Made by a program: the position numbers and the translations under genes. The notes beneath the pieces are model-generated. The model had not been told where the DNA came from, searched no databases, and saw only the letters and a list, made by a program, of their open reading frames with translations. Positions 1-10,500 of a stretch of DNA of 48,026 nt are shown here, piece by piece. Each line of letters starts with the position of its first letter. The stretch's first letter is position 1. Origin of the DNA: Mobula hypostoma (taxonomy: Eukaryota); contig NC_086101.1 in assembly GCF_963921235.1 (NCBI RefSeq), positions 8,060,001-8,108,026 of the forward strand. Reading direction: 5' to 3'.

Positions 1-245
1 TAATTAAAGTATAGCTGACCATAGAGAAAAAAAAACTCAGAGGTAATGGAGCGAGTCAAGAACGCGACTTCACTCCATGAGCGCTACCGGAAGTCTCCCC
101 GGACAACTTCGCAGTCTTATCATCTTGTCATTTTATAGGGAGAAAAGTGTCTCGCTGGTGTAATACCCCCATTCTCTCCGTAACTATATCCACTGAGTAA
201 CGAAACGACTCTCATATATATGCTTTGTAATTTCTCCTTCACTGC

Positions 246-545
246 TTACTTACTGCCCACAACGCCCCAGACGTTTAGGCAGCAATGAAGGTCGTCAATC
301 TCTATTTGTATAGAAGGATTCTTCATTGTTGTTCCTGTACCAATTGTTTTTAGGCCATTCAGTGTTGTTAGCCCGCAGATGATCCGCCGATCCTGGAGGA
401 CCAGTGGACCGCTCTTAGCCCGGCCTCTATTCTTTGACCTCATCGGTACAGGCGACCCTGCCGAGGGCTAAAGCACAAGGGCCTGGCTCCAGCCAGCATA
501 GCTGTCCGGGTCAGTGAGACAGGCAAGCTTCCAAGCCTTACCACA
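246..545 (-). mobile_element. RTE-derived non-autonomous (bipartite) element
   Basis: Minus strand ends ...GACCTTCATTGCTGCC...GGGCAGTAAGTAAG (RTE-type 3' end with short tandem tail), joined directly to an RTE 5'UTR-like segment (AGAGCGGTCCACTGGTCCTCCAGG...CAATGAAGAATCCTTCTA). No ORF2 between them. Family recognised from memory; boundaries approximate. Confidence 0.55.
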
Positions 546-784
546 CGTTTGCGATCCTCTTGCAGGACATTCAGCTTTGGTCCTGTATTATTAGTGCAAA
601 ATTAGCTTTCCGATTGTGTGTTTGAAACCTGGGTTTGGGGAATATTCGGCTGCTTCTAACATTTTAGATGAAATGCAAATGAAAAGGAGTGCTGTTGTGA
701 TAGTCTGCGGCAGGGAGATTCAAAGGAACTCAGCGGATGGCGAGCGTCAATGGAAGAGAGAAATTGTCCACGCTACATGTTGAG

Positions 785-1265
785 CCCTCCCCGCCATTGA
801 GCAAATCTACACGAAATGCTGTCGTAGGAAAGCAGCATCCATCGTCAGGGATGCCCACCACTTGTGACATGCTGTCTTCGCTGCTGCCATCAGGAAGAAG
901 TTACACCACCAGGTTCAGGACCAGTTATTACGCCTCAAGTATCAAGTGCTTGAACCAAAGCGGAAAACTTCACTCAACGTCATTTTCCCATCACTGAAAT
1001 GTTCCCATAACCTATGGACTCACTTTCAATGACTCTTCATCTCATGTTCTCAATATTTCTTGCTTATTTATTTATTATTATTAATTCTTTCCTTTTTTTT
1101 GTATCAGCAGAGTTTATTGGCTTTTGCACAATGCTGAAGTTGGTGTGGTCCTTTCAGTGATTCTATTATGGTTATTATTTATGGAGTATGCCCGCAAGGA
1201 AATGGATTTCAGAGATTTTATATGATGCGTTACTTGTACATTGATAATAAATTTACTTTGAATCG
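785..1265 (+). mobile_element. Rex1/Babar- or L2-like LINE 3' fragment
   Basis: Translates to ...SSLLPSGRSYTTRFRTSYYASSIKCLN, the LPSGRR...SY.P..IR.LN C-terminal signature, followed by a 3'UTR ending GATAATAAATTTACTTTGAA. Confidence 0.65.
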
Positions 1266-1454
1266 GAACAGTTACAGCTCCTGACACGGGGGTATCGATT
1301 TGAAACGTTGATCACCTCATTCTTCACAAATGCTGCCAAAGCTTTTGAGTTCCTCCAGAAATTCTTTCTCTTGTACTTAGATGAAACGTCTATGGATATG
1401 ATGTGGGCTATCATCAACTATCATATTAACATTAGAACATTTTGTTTATTACAG

Positions 1455-1477
1455 GAGGAATATTCTCGGAAAGGAAG
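1455..1477 (+). CDS. TRIM A 23-bp micro-exon (EEYSRKG/R)
   Basis: tttattacAG|GAGGAATATTCTCGGAAAGGAAG|GTagga; 23 bp, phase 0 to 2. Confidence 0.85.
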
Positions 1478-4400
1478 GTAGGATTTGCAATGTAGTGAAT
1501 AGCTGCAACTATTATAAAATATTTAGGAAAATTGTTTACTTATGTTTATTTCATCACCAACTGCTTAATACTGACAGGATAAGTGAGGAAGAAAGTACAT
1601 TTTCAATTGTGGATGGTACCCTGCCGATTAAACAATTCAGTCACGCAAGTTTGTTGAAAGAAGCATTGAGTGAAGAATTTAATTTCTTCAGACAAGGTAA
1701 AACTCAGTTAGTTGTTCTCCAAGTTATTAAATACTTTTGAGAATTGATTAGGTAAAGCACTGAATGATAATGGGCGTTTTATATTCTAGCAGCAATTGTT
1801 CCTATTGGAAAAGATGTTTTACGTTCTACTTGGGTCAACCAAAACTCAGTAATATCTCAACATGAATGTACCAACTTACTGCAGTTAACCTGAAACCTTG
1901 TGTACTATTACCATTCCCCAATAGTTGTTCTGTTATTTTGGGCTTTTTTACATTGACAGCTCACGTGCCTTTAGCGAGATCTATCATCTTTCCCCAAATA
2001 GTTCAATCTGGGCACCATCCCCACTGATGCACACAATTCCACTATCACCTTTAAGTCACTGCCTCCACGTTACCCTTCCCACGCGTGTCTCCCGCTTTCC
2101 TTCATCCCCGTGGCAACTGATTCTATAGATCATCTATCAGACTTTGTCGCATACCAACCTCTGAACACCATACTAGGTACCCTCCCTCACAACTTCAGTA
2201 TTGATTTCGGGTACCGACACGAATCGTCAAACATGTTGATCGAGACGCTTAGTTTCTCTAAGGGATTATTTTTTTTTTTTTGCTCATGGTGCAAATATAA
2301 TTTTCAAGACGCGATCCGGTTCAATGCAACACTAGTGCATTTTAGGGATAAAAAGGGTGGATACATCCACTGCGAGTATCCAGTTTTCGCAATAATATGC
2401 GGAAACCCACGGAGGCTGGTTAAGACTAGAACTAGAGGTTATGGGTTAAGGGTGAAAGGTGAAATGTTTAAATGGAACATAAGCGGTAACTTCTTAACTC
2501 GGAGAATGTTGAGCGTGTCGAATGAGCTGACAGTGGAAGTGGTGAGTGTAGATTCTATTTCAATATTTAAGAAAGAACTGGATAGATGCATGGTTGGGAG
2601 CCGTTTGGAGTACTATGCTCCGGGTTAGGTGGATGGGGTTAGTCAGAATAACAGTACGGCACTCGTCGGGTGGGCTGTATTCTGTGCTGTAGCATTTTAT
2701 GTTCTGTGATATTTGTTCCTATCTATTTCAGTCCTTGGGGAATGGATGGATGTTTAAATACCACTATTAACACCACCATATTGATAACCAGACCCCAACA
2801 TACAAACGTCCAGAGAGACAGGAATGTACCAGGCGTTGTTTTAGAGCGATAGAAAAAAGGTTCAAATTAGTCCAAACCCTCCTGAAATATCACGTCTTCT
2901 AATTGCAAGCTGTCTAAACCAACCTTATAGAGACACTTATCTAGATGACTTTCACTATAGGAAGGATGTGGAAGCATTGGAAAGGGTACAGAGGAGATTT
3001 ACCAGGATTCTGCCTGGTTTAGAAAGTATGTATTGTGATCAGAGATTAAGGGAGCTAGGGCTTTACTCTTTGGAGAGAAGGAGGATGAGAGGAGACATGA
3101 TAGAGGTGTACAAGATAATAAGAGGCATAAATAGAGTGGATAGAGTGGAAGAGATAGCGCCTCTTCCCCAGGGCACCACTGCTCAATACAAGAGGACATG
3201 GCTTTAAGGTAAGGGGTGGGAAGTTCAAGGGGGATATTAGAGGAAGGTTTTTTACTCAGAGAGTGGTTGCTGCGTGGAATGCACTGCCTGAGTCAGTGGT
3301 GGAGGCAGATACACTAGTGAAGTTTAAGAGACTACTAGGCAGGTAAAAGGAGGAATTTAAGGTCGGGGCTTATATGGGAAGCAGGGTTTGAGGGTCGGCA
3401 CAACATTGTGGGCCGAAGGACCTGTACTGTGCTGTACTATTCTATGTTCTAAATGTTACAACTGAGTCCATCTCAACCACAATCTCTGGTACACAGAACA
3501 TAGAACGGCACGGCACAGGAACAGATCCTTTGGCGTAATGTTGAGCCGAGCCAACTAAAAAGTAAATCAAAAACCTCGATCAGGAGGTTGGGGACCATGG
3601 ACCCCTCAGTCAAACGTAGGGGTTCGTTAGCATAAAAAGGTTGGGAACCCCTGCTTTAGAAAAACGCAAAAGACCGCAGGTGCTGCAAATCCCGAATAAG
3701 GCACACAAAATGCTGGAGGAGCTTAGCAGGAAAGCAATAAAGGCTCAACATTTCGGAGCAAGGCCTTTTATCGTGACTGAAGAGGGTGGGGGGGAGAAGA
3801 CAGAATAAGAAGTTGGTGATGGGCGGGGGAGGAGTGACGGGACAATACAAGCTGTCCCGTGATAAGTGATGCCAAGTGAGGTTGGGGGTGGGGGTGTGAA
3901 GAGGATGAATTGAGCTGATAGGTGGAAAAGGTACAACGCGTCGGAAGAAAGAGAGGAGAGGAGTATGGACTATGGGAGAAAGAGGGGCACCAGAGGGGAG
4001 GAGATGGGCTGGTAAGGAGAAGACAAGGTGTGAAAAGGGAAATGGAAAAAAAGGAGAAGGGGGGCAGAAATTACCGAAAGTTAGAGTAATTAATGCTCAT
4101 TCCGTCAGGTTGGAGACTAGCTAGACGGAATATGAAGCGTTGGTTCTCCAGTCTGAGTGTGGCTTCATCGTGGCAGTAGAGGAGGCCACGTATTGATGTG
4201 TCAGGATGGGAACGGGAGCACAATTAAATTGGGTGGCCATTGGGAATTCAATTTCTGTTAGCCGCTGGTTTATTCTTGGAGCGGAGTTTGTTCACGTCCC
4301 GTTCCTGGGCCGATGCCCGATTATGCCTGTAATCCCACCGAGTCTTTAATTCTCTGCTTCTTCTCCCCACCAACTCACAGTTTCTGTGAAGCTCGATGTG

Positions 4401-4883
4401 GAAACAGCAGCTTCGCGCCTCGAGGTGTCTGACGATCTGAGGTCTGTAAGATGGAGCCGGATCCAGAGAACTCTCCCTGTTAACCCGAAAAGATTTGAAG
4501 ACCAGGCGTGCGTGCTGGGATCGGAGGGATTCACGACAGGGAGACATTACTGGGAGGTGGAGGTGGCGGGGAATCGGCGTTGGACTCTGGGAGTCGCTGC
4601 AGAGTCTGTGTCGAGGAAGGGATTAGTGAGACTTAGACCAGCGACTGGAGTCTGGAGCATCGGGCGGAAAGATGACAAGTTTTATGCAAACAGTACCAGT
4701 ATAATCCGTCTCCCTGTCGATCACATCCCCGGAAAGGTGGGAGTTTATCTCAGTTACGAGTCCGCTTCAATTTCATTTTACAGTGTGGTCAACAAGTCCC
4801 ATCTTTATACTTTCACTGGGAAATTTGAGGGGAAGCTTTATCCTTTCTTCCGTACAGTGGATGGAAACTGGATGAGTACGTAG
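1455..4883 (+). CDS. TRIM gene A, 3' half (linker exons plus B30.2/PRY-SPRY exon), multi-exon, 5' part outside window
   Basis: Three exons with canonical AG/GT sites and matching phases (0-2, 2-1, 1-stop) join to EEYSRKGR-ISEEESTFSIVDGTLPIKQF...FFRQ-VSVKLDVETA...GRHYWEVEV...KLYPFF. The 23-bp, 119-bp and B30.2 exon sizes are typical of TRIM/B30.2 genes. Confidence 0.88.
1578..1696 (+). CDS. TRIM A 119-bp linker exon
   Basis: ctgacAG|G ATA AGT GAG...AGA CAA G|GTaaaa; phase 2 to 1, 39 full codons, no stops. Confidence 0.88.
2330..2710 (+). mobile_element. CR1/HER1 LINE 3' fragment (degenerate)
   Basis: Encodes TRTRGYGLRVKGEMFK...NFLTRR.LSVSNEL, the CR1 ORF2 C-terminus. Confidence 0.75.
2953..3451 (+). 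mobile_element. CR1/HER1 LINE 3' end
   Basis: [16 protein letters not shown]...[14 protein letters not shown], then a 3'UTR and CTATTCTATGTTCTA tail. Confidence 0.9.
3581..3653. mobile_element. hAT-type MITE (one TIR degenerate)
   Basis: Right end AGGTTGGGAACCCCTG is the complement of the CAGGGGTTCCCAACCT TIR; internal CCATGGACCCC; left TIR partly deleted. Confidence 0.55.
3660..4248 (-). mobile_element. Penelope-like element (GIY-YIG C-terminus plus 3'UTR), degenerate
   Basis: Reverse complement of 4070-4245 is homologous to the GIY-YIG C-terminal segment at 26710-26882; purine-rich 3'UTR follows. Confidence 0.75.
4381..4883 (+). CDS. TRIM A terminal B30.2 (PRY-SPRY) exon
   Basis: Polypyrimidine tract and cAG at 4379-4380; phase-1 entry gives VSVKLDVETA. 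Motifs [26 protein letters not shown] and KLYPFF; TAG at 4881-4883. Confidence 0.93.
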
Positions 4884-5045
4884 TTCAGTTTCTCTCCGCA
4901 ACTGGAAAAAAAGGGGTGAACCGGGACCAGCGTCAGTAGAGAGCACTCAGTCTGTGCAGTACAGACCGCATCTTGTAACATGTTGGCGCGGAACGGGTCC
5001 ATTCAATACCCTAATTTTGCATTGTAAAACCATAAATAATCTCTG

Positions 5046-5051
5046 AATAAA
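5046..5051 (+). terminator. candidate poly(A) signal of TRIM A
   Basis: AATAAA about 160 nt after the stop codon, upstream of the next LINE fragment. Confidence 0.5.
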
Positions 5052-5134
5052 ACAAAACCATACGAAGAGTGAAACAAAAGGTATTGGAAATTAAATTGTC
5101 CATCTATTCGTTTCAGTTCGTTAACAGAACTACT

Positions 5135-5590
5135 AAGAGCATGATTCCGAGAATGAAAGGGTTAACGTGTGAGGAGCGCTTGGTGACTCGTGGTCTGTAC
5201 TCACTGGGGTTTGGGGGGTGTTCTCATTGAAACGTACCGAATATATGAAAGACCTAGATAGACTGGAAGTGGAAAGAATATTTCCTTTCGTGGGTAAGTC
5301 TCGGACCAAAAAGGTACAAGCTCAGAATACAAGGATGTCTCTTTAACACAGAGATGCGGAGGAATTTGTTTAACGAGAGGATGATGACGTTGTGGAATTC
5401 ATTGAAGGCGATGGAAGCTAGGACATTGGGCATATTTAAAGCGGAAGTTGATAGGATTTTGATCAGTAATGGCGTCAAACGTTATGGGGAGAAAGCAGGA
5501 AAATGGAGTTAAGGGGGTAAATAGACATGATGAAATGACAGAGCTGATTCAATGGGCTGAATGGCCTAATTCTGCTCGCATGTCTTATGA
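5135..5590 (+). mobile_element. CR1/HER1 LINE 3' fragment (degenerate)
   Basis: GCATGATTCCGAGAATGAAAGGGTTAAC...TGGGCTGAATGGCCTAATTCTGCTC...ATGTCTTATG, homologous to other CR1 3' ends in the window. Confidence 0.8.
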
Positions 5591-5662
5591 TTTAAGATGC
5601 TGAGACAGAGAATAAAATGGCTCCTAAAACAGCTGTTTGAAAATTTACCGATTTGAAAATTT

Positions 5663-6214
5663 ACCCAGTGGCCATACATTTTAATTCCACGTCCCATTCC
5701 CATTCTGATATGCCTATCTACGGCCTTCCCTACTGTCAAGATGAAGCAACACTCAGGTTGCAGGAACAACACCTTATATTCCGTCTGGGTAGCCTCCAAC
5801 CTGATGGCATGATCATTGACTTCTCTAACTTCCGTTAATGCCTCACCTCCCCTTCCCCATCCGTATATATATATTTCTTTTCTCTCTCCTTTTTCTCCCT
5901 CTGCCCCTCTCTCTATACTCCTTGCCCATCCTCTGGGCTTCCCACCTCCCCGTTGTTTTTTCTCGCGGCCTCCCGTCCCATGATCCTCTCATATCCCTTT
6001 TGCCAATCAACTTTCCAGCTCTTAAGCCCATCCCTCCCCCTCCTGTCTTCTCCTATCATTTCGGATCTTCCCCTCCCCTCCCACTTTCAAATCTCTTACT
6101 AGCTCTTCTTTCAGTTAGTCCTGACGAAGGGTCTCGGCCCGAAACGTCGACTGTACCTCTTCCTATAGATGCTGCCTGGCCTGCTGCGTTCACCACCAAC
6201 TTTCTGTGTGTTGC
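5663..6214 (+). mobile_element. Penelope-like element 3' part (GIY-YIG C-terminus, 3'UTR, hammerhead)
   Basis: [57 protein letters not shown], closely similar to 26556-26882. Confidence 0.9.
6115..6153 (+). ncRNA. minimal type I hammerhead ribozyme motif (PLE-associated)
   Basis: UUAGUC-CUGACGA-A-GGGU(CUCG)GCCC-GAAA-C-GUC/GACUG. Stem I UAGUC:GACUG, conserved CUGANGA and GAAA cores, 4-bp stem II, palindromic ACGU at stem III, GUC cleavage triplet. Confidence 0.75.
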
Positions 6215-6386
6215 GATCTGTTAATTCGTCACATTTGTCCGACAATTATCACCGATACTGTTATAGTGCAGTGTGGACACCAATTCTGACGCCCCTGCAT
6301 CTCACAACGATGACAGAGAGAGCAGGGAATAGCCTGCCTGGATTGTAGAGGGATACCACAGAACACCCCCTCAGGGTATACCGCCT

Positions 6387-6745
6387 CATATCGGGGAGAT
6401 ATTACTGGGTGGTGGAGGTACCTGGGAATCGGGGCTGCAGACCGGGAGTCGCCTCAGAGTCTGTGGAGACGGCGACAGGTGTTTTATTGGACATCCGACA
6501 AAAAAGGATGACAAGCTTTATGTGGTGAATTTCAATTTCACTCCACTTTCTACCAACCTCATTCTCGGGACGGTGGGAGTTTCTTTCAGTTACGAGTCCT
6601 GGACAGTTTTATTTTAAACGCCGAAGCCCAGAAGCATCTCTGCACCTTCACTGCGAGTAAATTCACGGGGAAACTTCATCCCTTGTTCGGCCTTGTGGAT
6701 GAAAACTGACTGCCAATCTGCCCCGGCTCCGCTTCCCGTATGTAA
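6387..6745 (+). pseudogene. decayed TRIM SPRY exon paralogous to TRIM A
   Basis: SGRYYWVVEVPGNRGCRPGVASESVE[deletion]TATGV...GTVGVSFSYESWTVLF*...KHLCTFTASKFTGKLHPLFGLVDEN*LPICPGSA. Internal stops, a deletion and a frameshift; PRY half and splice acceptor missing; AATAAA at 6909-6914. Confidence 0.85.
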
Positions 6746-7934
6746 AAAGGTTAGTTGCCGTGACCGGCGTCACTAACGAGTCTCGGGCTTTATGCGGAAG
6801 AGACATTTTATCACACGTTGGCGTTGAATGGGTCGAATTCACTTTCTAAATTCTGTATTATAATAACTTAAATGAGATTGGAAATATATTCATACAGTCG
6901 CATTGTGGAATAAAAGACATTGAAAGTCAGCTGTCGATCCAACGCTATGTTAAGTCGAGTAGAGAAAAGAGAATTTTATGAACCAAATCAGTCCTCTTTG
7001 GGAATCTTGGGTGGGAGACAGAAGCGGGACGTGGTTCGTGGACTACCAGAATGGCGTTTGGCATTAGCGGCAGAGTTTATGGTGAAAGATGAACACAATG
7101 GGTCCTGAGGAAGGGTTTTGGCCTGAAACATCAACGGTGTTATCTTCTCCATAGACGCTGCCTGGTCTGCTGGGTTCTTTCAGCATTTCGTGGGTGTTAC
7201 AATGACTTAATATCGTTCGTTAGTTGGGAGCACCTGGCGCCAGGGCCTCGAATTTACTGTAAAGATCTCCGCTCCCTGCGATTTCCCTTGCATCCTCGGG
7301 CTGGTGGGAGTTTGTCCCGTTTACTACTCCGCTAAACTTTTGCAGCGCAAACGCCAAGTCCCATCCCCGCAGCATCACCGGAAATCTTTATTCATTCTTC
7401 CGATTATTGATGTGAACTAGTTAGGAATCGGCTCCGGTTTCGCCCCGGATAATAGTAAGGTTTTAACTGAAGTCCGTGTAAATACATAATCCATCTACAC
7501 TGATCGATCATTTTCGTAACGTACTCAGAAACCACGATCAAATTTGTAAGGCATAACGTCCTCCAGAGAAAGTTTTACTGACTAGCTCAAACAAGCCCGT
7601 GGTTTACTCAATGCAAGTAGTTTCTATCCCAAAGAACCTTTTTCCAAAAATTTCCCAATCACTGACGTCAGGCTCACCTGTCGAAAGTGTCTTCTATTGA
7701 GCTTCCTAAACAGAGGGACAACTTCGGCTACTCTGCAGTGTTTTGGAATCTCGTTCGTCGATAAGGAGGACACGGAGATTTATGACAACGCAACTGCAGT
7801 CCCGTGTCTTGTTCCTTTCAATAATCCGCGTTGGAATTAATTATGTCCTGGGTTTAACCACCATACACCTCCTCATTCTTTATATCAACATTCCCAAGTA
7901 TATTAGCATACGCCTCTGTGAGAGAGTCACAGAC

Positions 7935-8390
7935 TCATAGAGTCATAGAAAAGAACAGGACAGAAACAGGCCCTTCGGCCCCTCTAGTCTGTGCTAAAAC
8001 CAGTAAACAGCCTACTCACATCGAGCTGCATCGGGGACATAGCTCTCCATAACGCTACCGTCCATGTACCTATCCAAGCTTCGCCTAATCATTGATATCG
8101 AGCTCTCATGCACCACATATGCGGGCAGCTCGTTCCACACTCCCAGGACTTTCCGAGTGAAGAAGTCTCCCCTCATGTTCACCTTTCGCCTTAAACCATA
8201 ACCTCTGGTCAGAGTACAGCCCAACCTCAATGGAAAACGGCTGCGTACATTACCCTATCCATACCCCTTATATTTATGCATACCTCTGGCAAAATTCCTC
8301 TCGACTTTTCACGTTTTAAGGAATAATTCCTAGCCTATTCAAACTTTTCTTATAACTCAGATCCTCCAGACCTGGCAACATCCTTCTAAA
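7935..8390 (-). mobile_element. CR1/HER1 LINE 3' fragment
   Basis: TRGYGLRRKVNMRGDFFTRKVLGVWNELP on the minus strand. Confidence 0.8.
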
Positions 8391-8394
8391 TGTT

Positions 8395-10495
8395 ACATAG
8401 AAACATAGAAACATAGAAAATAGGTGCAGGAGTAGGCCATTCGGCCCTTCGAGCCTGCACCGCCATTTATTATGATCATGGCTGATCATCCAACTCAGAA
8501 CCCAGCCTTCCCTCCATACCCCCTGACCCCTGTAGCCACAAGGGCCATATCTAACTTCCTTTTAAACATAGCTAATGAACTGGCCTCAACAGTTTGCTGT
8601 GGCAGAGAATTCCACAGATTCACCACTCTCTGTGTGAAGAAGTTTTTCCTAACATCGGTCCTAAAAGGCTTCCCCTCTATCCTCAAACTGTGACCCCTCG
8701 TTCTAGACCTCCCCAACATCGGGAACAATCTTCCCGCATCTAGCCTGTCCAATCCCTTTAGGATCTTATACGTTTCAATCAGATCCCCCCTCAATCTTCT
8801 AAATTCCAACGAGTACAAGCCCAGTTCATCCAGTCTTTCTTCATATGAAAGACCTGCCATCCCAGGAATCAATCTGGTGAACCTTCTTTGTACTCCCTCT
8901 ATGGCAAAGATGTCTTTCCTCAGATTAGGGGACCAAAACTGCACACAATACTCCAGGTGTGGTCTCACCAAGGCCTTGTACAACTGCAGTAGTACCTCCC
9001 TGCTCCTGTACTCGAATCCTCTCGCTATAAATGCCAGCATACCGTTCGCCTTTTTCACCGCCTGCTGTACCTGCATGCCCACTTTCAATGACTGGTGTAT
9101 AATGACACCCAGGTCTCGTTGCACCTCCCCTTTTCCTAATCGGCCACCATTCATATAATAATCTGTTTTCCTATTTTTGCCACCAAAGTGGATAACTTCA
9201 CATTTATCCACATTAAATTGCATCTGCCATGAGTTTGCCCACTCACCCAACCTATCCAAGTCACCCTGCATCCTCTTAGCATCCTCCTCACTGCTAACAC
9301 TGCCACCCAGCTTCGTGTCATCCTCAAACTTGGAGATGCTGCATTTAATTCCCTCATCCAAGTCATTAATATATATTGTAAACAACTGGGGTCCCAGCAC
9401 TGAGCCTTGCGGTACCCCACTAGTCACCGCCTGCCATTCTGAAAAGGTCCCGTTTATTCCCACTCTTTGCTTCCTGTCTGCTAACCAATTCTCCACCCAC
9501 ACCAATACCTTACCCCCAATACCGTGTGCTTTAAGTTTGCACACTAATCTCCTGTGTGGGACCTTGTCAAAAGCCTTTTGAAAATCCAAATATACCACAT
9601 CCACTGGTTCTCCCCTATCCACTCTACTAGTTACATCCTCAAAAAATTCTATGAGATTCGTCAGACATGATTTTCCTTTCACAAATCCATGCTGACTTTG
9701 TCCGATCATTTCACCGCTTTCCAAATGTGCTGTTATCACATCCTTGATAACTGACTCCAGCAGTTTCCCCACCACCGACGTTAGGCTAACCGGCCTATAA
9801 TTCCCCGGTTTCTCTCTCCCTCCTTTTTTAAAAAGTGGGGTTACATTAGCCACCCTCCAATCCTCAGGAACTAGTCCAGAATCTAACGAGTTTTGAAAAA
9901 TTATCACTAATGCATCCACTATTTCTTGGGCTACTTCCTTAAGCACTCTGGGATGCAGACCATCTGGCCCTGGGGATTTATCTGCCTTCAATCCCTTCAA
10001 TTTACCTAACACCACTTCCCTACTAACATGTATTTCGCTCAGTTCCTCCATCTCACTGGACCCTCTGTCCCTTACTATTTCTGGAAGATTATTTATGTCC
10101 TCCTTAGTGAAGACAGAACCAAAGTAATTATTCAATTGGTCTGCCATGTCCTTGCTCCCCATAATCAATTCACCTGTTTCTGTTTGCAGGGGACCTACAT
10201 TTGTCTTTATCAGTCTTTTCCTTTTTACATATCTATAAAAGCTTTTACAGTCCGTTTTTATGTTCTCTGCCAGTTTTCTCTCATAATCTTTTTTCCCCTT
10301 CCTAATTAAGCCCTTTGTCCTCCTCTGCTGAACTCTGAATTTCTCCCAGTCCTCAGGTGAGCCACTTTCTCTGGCTAATTTGTATGCTACTTCTTTGGAA
10401 TTGATACTATCCCTAATTTCTCTTGTCAGCCACGGGTGCACTACCTTCCTTGATTTATTCTTTTGCCAAACTGGGATGAACAATTGTTGTAGTTC
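8395..10495 (-). mobile_element. young 5'-truncated CR1/HER1 LINE (2.1 kb)
   Basis: Continuous ORF2 fragment plus 3'UTR and (CTATGTTT)n tail; no endonuclease domain. Confidence 0.95.
8495..10483 (-). CDS. CR1 ORF2 fragment, reverse transcriptase plus C-terminal domain (662 codons, no stops, no native start)
   Basis: [42 protein letters not shown] (other copies here read FADD), RPHLEYC. Confidence 0.85.
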   Translation of the reverse strand: MFIPVWQKNKSRKVVHPWLTREIRDSINSKEVAYKLARESGSPEDWEKFRVQQRRTKGLIRKGKKDYERKLAENIKTDCKSFYRYVKRKRLIKTNVGPLQTETGELIMGSKDMADQLNNYFGSVFTKEDINNLPEIVRDRGSSEMEELSEIHVSREVVLGKLKGLKADKSPGPDGLHPRVLKEVAQEIVDALVIIFQNSLDSGLVPEDWRVANVTPLFKKGGREKPGNYRPVSLTSVVGKLLESVIKDVITAHLESGEMIGQSQHGFVKGKSCLTNLIEFFEDVTSRVDRGEPVDVVYLDFQKAFDKVPHRRLVCKLKAHGIGGKVLVWVENWLADRKQRVGINGTFSEWQAVTSGVPQGSVLGPQLFTIYINDLDEGIKCSISKFEDDTKLGGSVSSEEDAKRMQGDLDRLGEWANSWQMQFNVDKCEVIHFGGKNRKTDYYMNGGRLGKGEVQRDLGVIIHQSLKVGMQVQQAVKKANGMLAFIARGFEYRSREVLLQLYKALVRPHLEYCVQFWSPNLRKDIFAIEGVQRRFTRLIPGMAGLSYEERLDELGLYSLEFRRLRGDLIETYKILKGLDRLDAGRLFPMLGRSRTRGHSLRIEGKPFRTDVRKNFFTQRVVNLWNSLPQQTVEASSLAMFKRKLDMALVATGVRGYGGKAGF

Positions 10496-10500
10496 TGTAT

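Noticed and set aside
1-1454. search for TRIM A coiled-coil, RING and B-box exons
   Set aside because: No phase-compatible coiled-coil exon found; they presumably lie upstream of the window.
2110-2628. 172-aa ORF
   Set aside because: A chimera of intron sequence, a poly-T run and a CR1 C-terminal fragment.
7101-7136. additional hammerhead-like motifs (also near 1280, 3750, 37700, 38730 and 41075)
   Set aside because: Same PLE origin, but stem I/II pairing or the core is degraded or truncated; not called as ribozymes.
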